In this document: positions 27,483 to 37,361 of the stretch, piece by piece
Layout of the letters: every line of letters starts with the position of its first letter
Numbering within the stretch: position 1 is the stretch's first letter
IMG/VR virus record: IMGVR_UViG_3300032093_000012
Coordinates: 32,001-96,000 of that record
DNA: 64,000 bases
Source: a virus
Direction: 5' to 3' (one strand)
Program-made: the position numbers and the translations under genes
The notes under the pieces: generated by a model
What the model was told of the DNA's origin: nothing
What the model saw: only the letters and a program-made list of their open reading frames with translations
The model's database searches: none

Positions 27483-27590
27483 TTACTTCTTGCCCTTACG
27501 CTTGCCCTTCAAGCGACGAGCCTTGCGCTTCTTGCTACCGATCTTGCGACGACCTTTTCGAGGTCTATTCTTATGCGGATGCGCCATCAT
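27483..27590 (-). CDS. Very basic 35-aa peptide
   Basis: AGGAG SD; MMAHPHKNRPRKGRRKIGSKKRKARRLKGKRKGKK*. Confidence 0.7.
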   Translation of the reverse strand: MMAHPHKNRPRKGRRKIGSKKRKARRLKGKRKGKK

Positions 27591-27606
27591 ATACTCCTAG
27601 TTAGAT

Positions 27607-27683
27607 TGGTACCCACGGTCAGGTTCGAACTGACACTTGAGAGATTTTAAGTCTCTTGCCTCTGCCTGTTGGGCTACGTGGGC
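27607..27683 (-). tRNA. tRNA-Leu(TAA) without a long variable arm
   Basis: AGAGA-CTTAAAA-TCTCT arm, 5-nt variable loop, A73 plus CCA, 77 nt. Confidence 0.9.
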
Positions 27684-27700
27684 ATTAACTGTATATCTAT

Positions 27701-27728
27701 ATAGTATAAAACTGTGAAAAAATGTCAA
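27701..27728 (-). promoter_or_regulatory. Sigma70-like promoter for the tRNA cluster
   Basis: TTGACA-16 nt-TACTAT. Confidence 0.65.
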
Positions 27729-27766
27729 CCCATAATCTGAAAAAAATATTTCCGGAAAATTTTGAG

Positions 27767-28180
27767 CTATTTTACCTTCACGTGTTTTTTATGTATCTTA
27801 CACATGATCCAAGAGTTGTAATAATCTTCTTTTTCTAAGACTTCCTCTGCGAACTGATACTTAGCTTCAAAGTATCCGCATTCACCCTTGGTCTTGCATA
27901 AGCGAAGAATTTCTCTCCTAAAATTTATAATACCACAATTTTCAACATCGTACACCAAATCTTTATTGGAACCATAATATTTTTTCCAGTCAGATTCAGA
28001 TTTATAACGCTTTTTCTTTTTCTTGATCACGCGTGTCTTCATTGACCAGAAAAACTTCTTGCCGATATACTGCTTATTATTGAGAGTATTTGTGATTCGG
28101 TAAACGAAACCGTAGAACTCTTCTATTTTATCTGATTCTACTATTTCGTTATTATAATACCACGGATTTTCATAAGACAT
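27767..28180 (-). CDS. GIY-YIG family endonuclease
   Basis: GFVYRITN...YIGKK, W..YYGS, F.REIL. Confidence 0.8.
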   Translation of the reverse strand: MSYENPWYYNNEIVESDKIEEFYGFVYRITNTLNNKQYIGKKFFWSMKTRVIKKKKKRYKSESDWKKYYGSNKDLVYDVENCGIINFRREILRLCKTKGECGYFEAKYQFAEEVLEKEDYYNSWIMCKIHKKHVKVK

Positions 28181-28205
28181 AGAGGGATACCTTTCCCTCT
28201 ATTTA

Positions 28206-28373
28206 TCACACATCTTCTTCCCAATTTTCCAAATCTAAGTCTTCATCAAGACTAGAATCATCATACCTCATCTTGTCACCGCAAAACGGACAAAATTCTG
28301 GTGAATCTACTTCATCATGCACTACTTGAAATTCTGCTTCACAATTTGTACAAACTATTTCCTTATCACTCAA
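28206..28373 (-). CDS. Small zinc-ribbon protein (55 aa)
   Basis: TTG start, AGGAG SD; CTNC...FCPFCG, acidic tail. Confidence 0.7.
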   Translation of the reverse strand: MSDKEIVCTNCEAEFQVVHDEVDSPEFCPFCGDKMRYDDSSLDEDLDLENWEEDV

Positions 28374-28388
28374 TTCTTTCTCCTTTAA

Positions 28389-28658
28389 TTAACAAGTTAC
28401 TCGCGTTGGGCATTTTGGATTATTACAAACATAACCCCAAACCCCTGTTCCAAAATTCATTCCACAAACTCTGCAACCAGTCATATCTTGGGTAAGCCCA
28501 TCATTCGGTACAACTGGAGCTGATAGATAAGGATTGCTTCTTGCAAATTCCACGCCGTCTTTAAACCCCTTGCGATAATGCTCGAGCATGTTTCTGTAGT
28601 AATCGGTATCATGCACATCTTTAGTTCCTTTACAAGTACAATCTTCACCACAGCTCAT
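28389..28658 (-). CDS. Cys-rich hypothetical protein
   Basis: CRVCG...GYVCNNPKCP. Confidence 0.65.
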   Translation of the reverse strand: MSCGEDCTCKGTKDVHDTDYYRNMLEHYRKGFKDGVEFARSNPYLSAPVVPNDGLTQDMTGCRVCGMNFGTGVWGYVCNNPKCPTRVTC

Positions 28659-29764
28659 AGACTAAATCCTTTAAATGTATCGTTATTAATATCTTTCTTC
28701 ACACCGCCATTGATATAAGAAGTAATTTCGGTTTCCTGTGGAGCTACTTGCACCTCAGAACCAGAGATCCATTTCTGTGTCCACGGAAGCGGATTACTTC
28801 CACCCTTATATGGTGTAGGTAAACCAACAGCAGTCATTCTTTTATTTGCTATCCACTCTATATATTCACCCAGCAATGCTTCGTTGAGGCCAACCATCGA
28901 ACCGTCTTTAAATAGAAAAGATGCCCACGCTTTTTCTTGTTCAACCGCGGCAACAAACAACTTAATGGATTCATCTTTGGTTTCTTCTGCAATCTTAGCG
29001 AAGTCTTCATCTTCTTTCTGTAAAGCCTTGAGGAGTTGTTGGGTTCCAGCAAGGTGTAAGTTTTCGTCACGTGCGATAAACTTGATGATCTTAGCATTGC
29101 CCTCCATTTTTTTGACTTCAGCAAACGCCCACGAACATGCAAACGAGACATAGAAGCGAACTCCTTCAAGAATATTTACAGACATCAAAGCAAGCCAAAG
29201 AGCTTTTTTATGACCATAGTTAGTTGGTTCATCAAATACATTATCGCGCGCTCGTGGAGATAAATTATTCATCCAGATTAATTCATCATAGTACTTACTA
29301 ATATCGCCGGCGCAATCGACGATTTCTTTAATATCCATTATTTCATCAAAGACTTTCGATGGATTTGGATAGATGTTTCTGATAATGTGAGTATAACTGC
29401 GGGAGTGGATTGTTTCTGAGAATGTCCAGGTTGTAATCCACGTTTCGAGTTCCGGTAATGAGCATATCGGTCCAAACGCAATAATAGGCGCTCGTCCTTG
29501 GACGGAGTCAAGGAGAATCTGACGTTTGAGATTGGATGTAAAAATATGTTGCTCATGTGGCGTTAGATCTTTAAAATCTTTTGCATCTTTATAGATATCC
29601 ACTTCTTCAGGTCTCCAAAAGAAACCCAATTGTTTGTCTGTGAGCTTCTCGATCCAGGAATACTTCTGTCTATCATATCTTGCAATAGTGGGTGCATCAT
29701 CGAAAAAAGCCTTTACTTGTGTATGATCTTTTTTATTGTTTGAATCAAAGACTGAGTAAGCCAT
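28655..29764 (-). CDS. nrdB: Ribonucleotide reductase class Ia beta subunit
   Basis: FFWRPEEVD, ETIHSRSY, EGVRFYVSF, RDENLH, VAPQE.E. Confidence 0.98.
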   Translation of the reverse strand: MAYSVFDSNNKKDHTQVKAFFDDAPTIARYDRQKYSWIEKLTDKQLGFFWRPEEVDIYKDAKDFKDLTPHEQHIFTSNLKRQILLDSVQGRAPIIAFGPICSLPELETWITTWTFSETIHSRSYTHIIRNIYPNPSKVFDEIMDIKEIVDCAGDISKYYDELIWMNNLSPRARDNVFDEPTNYGHKKALWLALMSVNILEGVRFYVSFACSWAFAEVKKMEGNAKIIKFIARDENLHLAGTQQLLKALQKEDEDFAKIAEETKDESIKLFVAAVEQEKAWASFLFKDGSMVGLNEALLGEYIEWIANKRMTAVGLPTPYKGGSNPLPWTQKWISGSEVQVAPQETEITSYINGGVKKDINNDTFKGFSL

Positions 29765-29939
29765 TTTTATAACTTTCCTTTATTACGTATTTTGATGCTT
29801 CTACCCATACTCTTACTGATCCATTTGTATGGTATGCTTCTGTGTTATCAAATGTAGCAACTACACTTGTTGCTACATCTACAGACATTCCATGATAACT
29901 TAAGAATAAATGATAATTTGTTTCGTTTGGTTCAATCAT
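29745..29939 (-). CDS. Hypothetical protein
   Basis: Overlap-coupled small ORF between nrdA and nrdB. Confidence 0.5.
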   Translation of the reverse strand: MIEPNETNYHLFLSYHGMSVDVATSVVATFDNTEAYHTNGSVRVWVEASKYVIKESYKNGLLSL

Positions 29940-30156
29940 ATTTTATAGCACTTATCTTTTTTCTACCAGCGGTCTTATTTACTCTTGCTCTGATATTAGC
30001 ATTTTCCCAAGTCCAGCATTCACCATCATCATCTTGAAAACAAACCCATTGCAAATCATTTTCTATACCACTATCAATCAAGAAATGAGCAACAGCTCTT
30101 CCTTTTGGTGTCATAACTGGAATTGGTGGATCAATCCTAACAATATTACTCATCAT
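29932..30156 (-). CDS. Hypothetical protein
   Basis: PPIPV.TPKG...A..LID.G.E..L.WV.F. Confidence 0.65.
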   Translation of the reverse strand: MMSNIVRIDPPIPVMTPKGRAVAHFLIDSGIENDLQWVCFQDDDGECWTWENANIRARVNKTAGRKKISAIKYD

Positions 30157-30346
30157 AAACTCCTATAATATCACGAGGATCTTCTTTATTATCCCATCTA
30201 TATTGACCATTTAAATTTTTAACATGATTCTTACCACCATCATATGCTTTAAAGATAGTTACACCGGCTCTACGTTCAATAAAGACATACTTTGTACCTT
30301 CTCTATCGACGTAGATCTTTCCTTCTTCAAAGATTAGATTTTGCAT
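30146..30346 (-). CDS. Hypothetical protein
   Basis: Overlap-coupled small ORF. Confidence 0.55.
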   Translation of the reverse strand: MQNLIFEEGKIYVDREGTKYVFIERRAGVTIFKAYDGGKNHVKNLNGQYRWDNKEDPRDIIGVYDE

Positions 30347-32625
30347 GACTCACAATCCTCTTCATTTACTTCACCAGCTGGCAGCGGCTTTTCTTCATAT
30401 TCACCAGCACCATCATTAGTATTAAAATAATATAGTTGTTTTCCACCATACTTATAAAACATCAGAAGATGACCAATCATCTCAGACATTGGGATCTTTT
30501 CGTCTTCATAAAATCGTGGGTTGTACGAGGTGTTAACGCTGATACCTTGATCGATGAACTTTTGAAGGATGGCGCAGATTTTAAGATAACCCTCTGGTGA
30601 CTTTTGATCCCAGAGCAAGTCATATTTCTTTTTGAGTTTACGAACTTCTGGTACAACTTGCTTCAATACACCATCTTTTGATTGCTTAACTGAAACGAGA
30701 GAGCGCGGTGGCTCGATGCCGTTAGTAGCGTTGCTAATTTGAGCTGAAGTTTCGGATGGCATGAGAGCCATAAGCGTGGAGTTACGGATGCCTGATTTAA
30801 GTACATCCTCACGTAGTGCATCCCATCTGCACGTGTACACCCCCGCAGCAAGTTCGTCAACATCTCGCTTGTAAGTGTCAATCGGGAAGATACCTTGTCC
30901 ATATTTTGTTTCATTTGATTTAGGGCAAGCGCCCTTCTCCTTTGCTAGATCAATTGATGCTTTAATTAGATAATAAGACCATGCTTCAGTATATTCATGA
31001 AGCTTTTGTAAACCTAATGAGTCAATATTTTGATAACTGAGATCGTTGCGAGCGAGCCAGTAAGCAAGATTGATAATTCCAACCCCAAGAGGGCGACGAG
31101 CCATTGTCGAGTTTCTTGCTGCGAGTACTGGATAGTCTTGATAATCAAGTAGCTCATCCAATGCACGCACAGCAAGAGTACAAGGACGTTCAAAATCAGA
31201 AGGATCACGAATCTTTCCCCAATTGATAGCAGCTAATGTACATAGTGAGATTTCTCCATTAGGATCATTAATATCGGTCAGTGGCTTTGTAGGAAGATCG
31301 ATTTCACAACAAAGATTTGATTGTTTAATTGGTGCAACTTCTTTAATAAAAGCACCATGATCATTTGCGTGATCAACATTCATAAGATAGATACGTCCTG
31401 TATCCTTACGTTCCTGCATGAATGCAGAGAACAAATCAACAGCGGGTATTTGTTTCTTTCTGATTTTGGTAGAACGTTCATACTTTTCGTACAATACCCT
31501 GAATTGTTCAGTATTGGTGAAGTATGCATTATATAAGTCAGGGACATCGTTAGGGCTAAACAGAGTAATGTTCCCACCAGAAAGGAGTCGCTCGTACATA
31601 ACTTTATTAAATTGGACACCATAATCTAATCCTCTAATACGATTATCTTCTGTACCCTTGTTATTCTTAAGAACAAGAAGATCTTCTACTTCCAAGTGCC
31701 AGATAGGATAATAAAGTGTTGCCGCACCACCTCGTACACCTCCCTGAGAGCAACTCTTAACCGCCGCTTGAAAAAGCTTGTAGAAGGGGATAACACCAGT
31801 GTGAGTAGCGTCACCACGGCGAATGGGAGAGCCGAGAGCACGAATATTACCAGCACCAATACCAATACCAGCTTTTTGAGAGACGTACTTAACGATTGAA
31901 GAAGATGTGGCATTGATTGAATCCAATGAGTCATCAGTCTCGATAAGTACACACGAGCTAAACTGCTTTTGAGGACTACGGAGACCCGCCATAATAGGAG
32001 TCGGCAACGAAATCTCAAAAGTGCTTGTTGCATCATATAGTTCCTTTACCCATTTAAGTCTTGTTTCTGATGGATAGTTTCTAAATAAGACCATAGCTAT
32101 AAGCATATACGCCATCTGCGGCGTTTCATAGATGTAGCCAGTGGAGCGATTCTTAATTAAATACTTACCCCTGAACTGCTCCATGCCAACATAAGCGATA
32201 GAAAAATCTCGTTCGTGAATAAGTACAGAATTAAGATAATCAAGATCAGCAGGAGAATACCATTCTTTAATATCTTTGTCGTAATATCCAGCATCAATAA
32301 CGCTACGAATATGATCGCGAAGATGAGGGATGTTGTAATCGCCATAGACCTGCTTTCTTAGATGATAATTAATGAGTCTTCCTGCTACATATTGATATGA
32401 TGGAAATTCTTCACTAATTAGATCTGCAGCAGCCTTGATAAGAGTCTCTTGAATGTCGCTTGTTTTAATGCCATTATAAAATTGGATGTGTGATTTGATC
32501 TCTACTTCAGACTCAGACACACCATTTAGACCTTCACATGCCCACGATACAACTTTATGAAACTTGTTGAGATCAAGTGGTTCTTTATTACCATTACGCT
32601 TAGTTACAAGTATTTGCGACATCAT
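30334..32625 (-). CDS. nrdA: Ribonucleotide reductase class Ia alpha subunit
   Basis: ATP cone VTKRNG, QFSSC, SNLCCEI, C-terminal CESC. Confidence 0.98.
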   Translation of the reverse strand: MMSQILVTKRNGNKEPLDLNKFHKVVSWACEGLNGVSESEVEIKSHIQFYNGIKTSDIQETLIKAAADLISEEFPSYQYVAGRLINYHLRKQVYGDYNIPHLRDHIRSVIDAGYYDKDIKEWYSPADLDYLNSVLIHERDFSIAYVGMEQFRGKYLIKNRSTGYIYETPQMAYMLIAMVLFRNYPSETRLKWVKELYDATSTFEISLPTPIMAGLRSPQKQFSSCVLIETDDSLDSINATSSSIVKYVSQKAGIGIGAGNIRALGSPIRRGDATHTGVIPFYKLFQAAVKSCSQGGVRGGAATLYYPIWHLEVEDLLVLKNNKGTEDNRIRGLDYGVQFNKVMYERLLSGGNITLFSPNDVPDLYNAYFTNTEQFRVLYEKYERSTKIRKKQIPAVDLFSAFMQERKDTGRIYLMNVDHANDHGAFIKEVAPIKQSNLCCEIDLPTKPLTDINDPNGEISLCTLAAINWGKIRDPSDFERPCTLAVRALDELLDYQDYPVLAARNSTMARRPLGVGIINLAYWLARNDLSYQNIDSLGLQKLHEYTEAWSYYLIKASIDLAKEKGACPKSNETKYGQGIFPIDTYKRDVDELAAGVYTCRWDALREDVLKSGIRNSTLMALMPSETSAQISNATNGIEPPRSLVSVKQSKDGVLKQVVPEVRKLKKKYDLLWDQKSPEGYLKICAILQKFIDQGISVNTSYNPRFYEDEKIPMSEMIGHLLMFYKYGGKQLYYFNTNDGAGEYEEKPLPAGEVNEEDCESCKI

Positions 32626-32681
32626 TCAATACCTCTTTTGTTCTTTTAATATTACTATATATTGATTGCGTTGTACACCAC

Positions 32682-32689
32682 TATAAATA
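32682..32689 (+). promoter_or_regulatory. T4-type late promoter
   Basis: Exact TATAAATA before 32715. Confidence 0.7.
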
Positions 32690-32714
32690 TTCCTGTCAGT
32701 AAAGGAGGAAAATC

Positions 32715-32996
32715 ATGGATACATGGTTTAAATTAATTGCAGACGTCGGCTTTCCAATTGCTGCCGCCTGCGCTATGGGATACTTTATTTTTCTAACTAT
32801 TAAATTTATCCTCGCCGGTGTCATGAGCAGCGTGCAAGGTCTCAGTGGAATCATTACTGCTTTGGATAACAGAGTTAAGACGATGAACCACGACGTCATA
32901 AGAATCGACACTCTCGTCTCCAACGCCATGGGTGTTAAACCTGACATTGACCGTATCGCCCGTGCGGACGGCAAAAACGATGCTAGACGCGATTAA
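32715..32996 (+). CDS. Small membrane/coiled-coil protein, paralog A
   Basis: GFPIAAA.AMGYFIF, LD.RV..M..D.IR. Confidence 0.75.
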   Translation: MDTWFKLIADVGFPIAAACAMGYFIFLTIKFILAGVMSSVQGLSGIITALDNRVKTMNHDVIRIDTLVSNAMGVKPDIDRIARADGKNDARRD

Positions 32997-32998
32997 TT

Positions 32999-33063
32999 TA
33001 TAAATACATTGTAGGTCACGGACTGCCATCCCACCTACTCTATATCTATTAAGGAGATACAGC
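32999..33063 (+). promoter_or_regulatory. Late promoter plus structured leader of the NUMOD3-like gene
   Basis: TATAAATA 32999-33006; GTAGGT/ACCTAC stem; TATCT/AGATA stem overlapping the AGGAG SD. Confidence 0.6.
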
Positions 33064-33531
33064 ATGAAAGTAAAAGATTCAATTGGTAAAGCTCTCGGTT
33101 TGTCTGAATGTATTGTCGATTTTGACATGTCAGAATATATATCGGAACCAATACCTAGTTTTTTCAAAGGATGCGCGCATACTGAAGAAACTAAAAAAGC
33201 TATTTCTGAAGCTTTCAAAGGGATTCCTATAGGTCCATTTTCTGAAGAGCATAAAAATAACATTTCTAAAGCCGCCAAAGGTCGAAAAGTTTGGAACAAA
33301 GGTCTTGATAAGTATGATCCTAGAGTTTTGAAAAATTCCATATCACGCTCTATGGTAAAATATAGTGAAGAAACTAAAAAAGCATTCAGAAAACCAAAAT
33401 CTGAAAAAGGAAAAATTAATATGAGTATTGGGCAAAAAGGTAAGCAATATCCTAAAATTCCATGTGAAATTTGTGGTTTAAAGTATTCTTCAAATGCTCT
33501 TCATTCTCATATGAAAACACACAAGGATTAA
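33064..33531 (+). CDS. NUMOD3-repeat DNA-binding protein with C-terminal C2H2-like finger
   Basis: HTEETKKAISEA.KG, SEEHK.NIS.A.KG, WNKG, CEIC...H...H. Confidence 0.72.
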   Translation: MKVKDSIGKALGLSECIVDFDMSEYISEPIPSFFKGCAHTEETKKAISEAFKGIPIGPFSEEHKNNISKAAKGRKVWNKGLDKYDPRVLKNSISRSMVKYSEETKKAFRKPKSEKGKINMSIGQKGKQYPKIPCEICGLKYSSNALHSHMKTHKD

Positions 33532-33534
33532 AAA

Positions 33535-33888
33535 ATGGGTGATATTGCTCAATTAATCTCAAAGTATGGTTTCCCTATCGTTGCAGCTGCAGGTATGGGT
33601 TATATGATATTCTATGTATGGACATGGGCAACGCAGGAAGTTAAACCTGTGTTATCAGAAGCTAATAAAGTTTTGATTGCTTTGATTGATCGTATTCGCA
33701 TGCTTGATAATGACCTTATTCGCTTGAATCAGAAAGTTAATATAGTCTTACAACTTCGTAAGATGGACCATGATGAACTAACAAAGCAAGCTCATGAGTT
33801 TATTGTTGAGGAACAAATCGGGTCCAAATCTATACCACAAAAAGAGCCCGAAAGTGATCCAAACACAAAACCCACAAAAGTAAAGTAA
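33535..33888 (+). CDS. Small membrane/coiled-coil protein, paralog B
   Basis: GFPIVAA.GMGYMIF, LIDRIRMLDNDLIR. Confidence 0.75.
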   Translation: MGDIAQLISKYGFPIVAAAGMGYMIFYVWTWATQEVKPVLSEANKVLIALIDRIRMLDNDLIRLNQKVNIVLQLRKMDHDELTKQAHEFIVEEQIGSKSIPQKEPESDPNTKPTKVK

Positions 33889-33889
33889 A

Positions 33890-35953
33890 TTACTTAGAAG
33901 TTGCACGATAAACACCATCCCAATCAGAGGGTAGAGGATTTTTCTTAAATTCCTCTACTCTTTCCATCATCATATCATAATACTCAGTCATTTCTCCGTT
34001 AAACGCAGATCTAAGAGTCTTATAATAATTTTCCAATGAAACCCAGTTCTGCTCTCTATAAAATTTAACAAAGTCAGCATGTGTTTTTGAATAAGCTCTA
34101 TTGATTCCAGTCTTTGGTACAATAGTGTATATATTGACACCCTGTGATTTGCCTTTAACTGCTAAACAATCAAGTTCTAAGCATAGATATTCATCTTTTA
34201 CTAGTTCATATGTTCTCTGACCAATTACAAGTTTAACATGATATGGTTTTGATTGACCCTCTAATCTTGAAGCAAGGTTTACTGAGTCACCAAGGCATGT
34301 ATAATCAAAACGCTGACTACTGCCCATGTTACCAACAACAACGGAGCCAGTATTAATACCGAGCCCCATGCCGAAAGGTGGTACGCCTTCAACAGAGATT
34401 TCGTCGTTGAATCTGGCCAAATCATCTAACATCTCCAGTGCTGTCTTAACAGCGTGTTTGGCATGATCTGCATCATCGAGTGGTGCATTCCAAAATGCCA
34501 TCTGTGCATCGCCAATATATTTGTCTAGTGTTCCATTATTCTCAAGTATCTTAGCAGTCATGGCCGTCATATAACGGTTCATGATTTTAGTTAAACCCTG
34601 AACGTCGCTTCCGTAATGCTCACTAATAGTAGTAAAGCCACGAACATCAGTAAACATGATTGATAATTCTCGAGTATCTCCACCAAGTTGTAGTAACTCC
34701 GGGTTCTTTTGAAGCTTCTCTACCAGAGCTGGAGATAGATAAGTTCCAAACTGTTTCTTGATTTGTTGTTTTAGTCTAAACTCTCTTGCAAAATTATTGA
34801 ATACAAGATGACCAAAAGTCATCGTAGAAGCAAAAAGTAAATAACTTGTATCCCATAACTGTGAATGCTCTTTAAACATATAGACAGAAAAAGCAACACA
34901 AGAAGATACGATCACTATATAAACAGGAACGGTCCACTTAACAGATGTTCTCGGCACTAGAAAAAGTAGCGATAATAATACTGATATCAGTATTAGTTTT
35001 TCTATTAAGTTACTATATCCTGGACGCGATATCGAAGAACCGTCAATGATAGTTTGCAGAGCACTTGCCTGTACATCATGCGCCCACTTCTCACCTACTG
35101 GTGTAGCTATTATACCACCGACACCCTCAATTGAAATGCCTAATATCACTATCTTTCCATCGACACGCTTATCGATCTCGGTAGCTTCTATTCTTTCGAA
35201 CTTTGTGTTCCATGTCGTCCAGATTCTTCCTCTTTCATCAGTCTGTATCGGCGCGAATGCAGGTACACGGACGAATTCTGGTCCAATCTCACTTGTTTTA
35301 ATTTGATAGCTAGGATCTCCAGCAGCCACTCGAATCGTTTCCAAAGGAATAGAAGGATAAAGACTCCCAGCAATATTGACAAGTAGAGGGATACGACGAA
35401 CCACACCGTCCACCTCACCAATGGTGGCGACCACTCCAACACCTCCGGCCACTTCGGCATGCTCACGTAAAGGACGTAGGCCGCCCCTCCAACGAAAGAC
35501 ATACTCAGTAGGGTTAACAGGCCCGATAGCAGCAAACCCACGACGTACAGCGTCTGGCGGTATATCTTGAGTAGTAGGTGTCTGAGCGATGACGACACCA
35601 TCCAGAGATTTTGTAAGTTCATTGTCGCCTCCAGCTCTATCTTTTTCTGAGAAAAGTATAGGCATAACTATAAGTGCTGCGCCGTTCTCTTTTAATTTAT
35701 TAACAGTCTTAGCTATATCTCTTCTATCAAACGGCCACTGGCCAAATTGTTTTACTGACTTCTCACCAAAATCAACTATTACTAATTCTTCTGATTTTTT
35801 CTCTTCGATAGAATTTATTAGATAATCAAAAGTCTTTAGTTGAAGTACCTGTACTGGACTAGGGTTGTACACATATACGACCAATAGCATTATCGCTGAG
35901 ATAACAACTGCCCAAACGCTGGTTAAAAGCTTTCCTAATATTTCCATGTTCAA
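33890..35953 (-). CDS. CHASE2-domain class III adenylate cyclase
   Basis: GQWPF.R, DGVVRR (CHASE2), 3 TM helices, FTDVRGFT, DKYIGDA.MAFW.AP, DYT.LGD.VNLASRLE, VKGK. Confidence 0.95.
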   Translation of the reverse strand: MNMEILGKLLTSVWAVVISAIMLLVVYVYNPSPVQVLQLKTFDYLINSIEEKKSEELVIVDFGEKSVKQFGQWPFDRRDIAKTVNKLKENGAALIVMPILFSEKDRAGGDNELTKSLDGVVIAQTPTTQDIPPDAVRRGFAAIGPVNPTEYVFRWRGGLRPLREHAEVAGGVGVVATIGEVDGVVRRIPLLVNIAGSLYPSIPLETIRVAAGDPSYQIKTSEIGPEFVRVPAFAPIQTDERGRIWTTWNTKFERIEATEIDKRVDGKIVILGISIEGVGGIIATPVGEKWAHDVQASALQTIIDGSSISRPGYSNLIEKLILISVLLSLLFLVPRTSVKWTVPVYIVIVSSCVAFSVYMFKEHSQLWDTSYLLFASTMTFGHLVFNNFAREFRLKQQIKKQFGTYLSPALVEKLQKNPELLQLGGDTRELSIMFTDVRGFTTISEHYGSDVQGLTKIMNRYMTAMTAKILENNGTLDKYIGDAQMAFWNAPLDDADHAKHAVKTALEMLDDLARFNDEISVEGVPPFGMGLGINTGSVVVGNMGSSQRFDYTCLGDSVNLASRLEGQSKPYHVKLVIGQRTYELVKDEYLCLELDCLAVKGKSQGVNIYTIVPKTGINRAYSKTHADFVKFYREQNWVSLENYYKTLRSAFNGEMTEYYDMMMERVEEFKKNPLPSDWDGVYRATSK

Positions 35954-36231
35954 TATTGATTGATAATATAAGGATTAGTTGCGCAATTACTAGTACAATG
36001 AATATCAAGCGATATAGACTTATTGGTATTGCCGGATTGTGTGATATTGATGGGGACGTTATCACCAGTACTATTAATAATAGCAGTGTGAAAGCCAATA
36101 CCAGATTGATTAATAATGACATTATTAAAGTTCCCTGTTAAGTTTACTGTAGCAGTATTCATAACAGGTGATGGTAGTGTCTGTGAAAATGCAGTTGATG
36201 TCATGAATAGAAGTGCTAATAGTGTTTTCAT
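35950..36231 (-). CDS. Small secreted curlin-like protein
   Basis: Signal peptide, N...I.Q.G repeats, CxxxC near C-terminus. Confidence 0.6.
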   Translation of the reverse strand: MKTLLALLFMTSTAFSQTLPSPVMNTATVNLTGNFNNVIINQSGIGFHTAIINSTGDNVPINITQSGNTNKSISLDIHCTSNCATNPYIINQY

Positions 36232-37361
36232 TCTGATTGCTTTATGGTAATTATGGTTGTTCCAGTATTGTTTATTATTTGTTTAACCTCTAAACCCTCT
36301 TGAGTTATCTTAAGAGTACCAGCTTTATATTGAGACATAGTTAGCTCGGCGTAGCTATTTACTGTTTCTCTATACAATGTTAGCATTTCATTTTCAACAA
36401 AAAACTTAAGACCACTGGTTGGATTAAATTTAGGCAGTAGAGAATTAAACTCACTGAGTTCATCTGATAATAATTGTGACGAAGCCACATCTAAGAAGTT
36501 ATAAAGATAATCAGCACTAAGAAAATCTCTGTTTAGCTTATTAAACTCTTTTAAAAAATCTTTATCTAATTCAGTATATTTTAAATAATCTTTCTTAAGA
36601 AAGTCTTCATCTAAGAAATTATATCCTCTTCTTTCAATAGTTCTTTCAGTTTGTTCTACAATTTTAGGTGGTGTTACAATGATTAAATTATTAACTTGAT
36701 TCAAATCTAAGTTTAATATTGCAGAAGCTGTCGGCCTTGAAAAGCTAGTATCAACAGTCGTAGTTTCAAATGGTTTTGTTAGTAATACTGTACCCATGAC
36801 AGATGATACTAAGATCTTACCGATAACACAATCTCTTTGTATATCTTTCCAACCTTCGGGACAAGATGGTAATAGTATTATTTGTGATCTTCCAAGTTCA
36901 TCGACCGTACTTGAAAAGTCTGTACCTCTGACACCTATAGTAGCAGTTGGTGTAGTAACTACAACTTGTTGTGGATCATTCTTAGCTATTTGACCTGATG
37001 CATATTTAATAGTACCAAGCGCCATCTTGATACCAAGTTTTCCTGTTTTCTTATCACCATCATAAACGAAGTTATCAATGACTAATTTACTATGTTCAGT
37101 TATCTGGACTCTAGTATCATCTTTAAAGGTTATTCCAGCTTTTGAATTTGCTGTTGTGATGACATCTTGCATCTCGACACCAAATTGCAATGCACTAGGA
37201 ATAACCTCAGATTGCCTCTTTATCTCTGTAGGTCCAGTTTGTTCTGTTACTTGTCCAACTGAAGCATTAGTTGTGGTTGGACTTAATAGTAACAGCGTTG
37301 CTAGAACCGGTAATAGTTGTAACGATCTTTGAATCAATTGCTCCACCCTGTCTAAAGTCAA
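36228..37361 (-). CDS. Secreted FecR-domain protein
   Basis: D.I.T, F.D.T.V...E.S.L.ID...YD, TPTATIGVRGTDF. Confidence 0.88.
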   Translation of the reverse strand: MTLDRVEQLIQRSLQLLPVLATLLLLSPTTTNASVGQVTEQTGPTEIKRQSEVIPSALQFGVEMQDVITTANSKAGITFKDDTRVQITEHSKLVIDNFVYDGDKKTGKLGIKMALGTIKYASGQIAKNDPQQVVVTTPTATIGVRGTDFSSTVDELGRSQIILLPSCPEGWKDIQRDCVIGKILVSSVMGTVLLTKPFETTTVDTSFSRPTASAILNLDLNQVNNLIIVTPPKIVEQTERTIERRGYNFLDEDFLKKDYLKYTELDKDFLKEFNKLNRDFLSADYLYNFLDVASSQLLSDELSEFNSLLPKFNPTSGLKFFVENEMLTLYRETVNSYAELTMSQYKAGTLKITQEGLEVKQIINNTGTTIITIKQSE

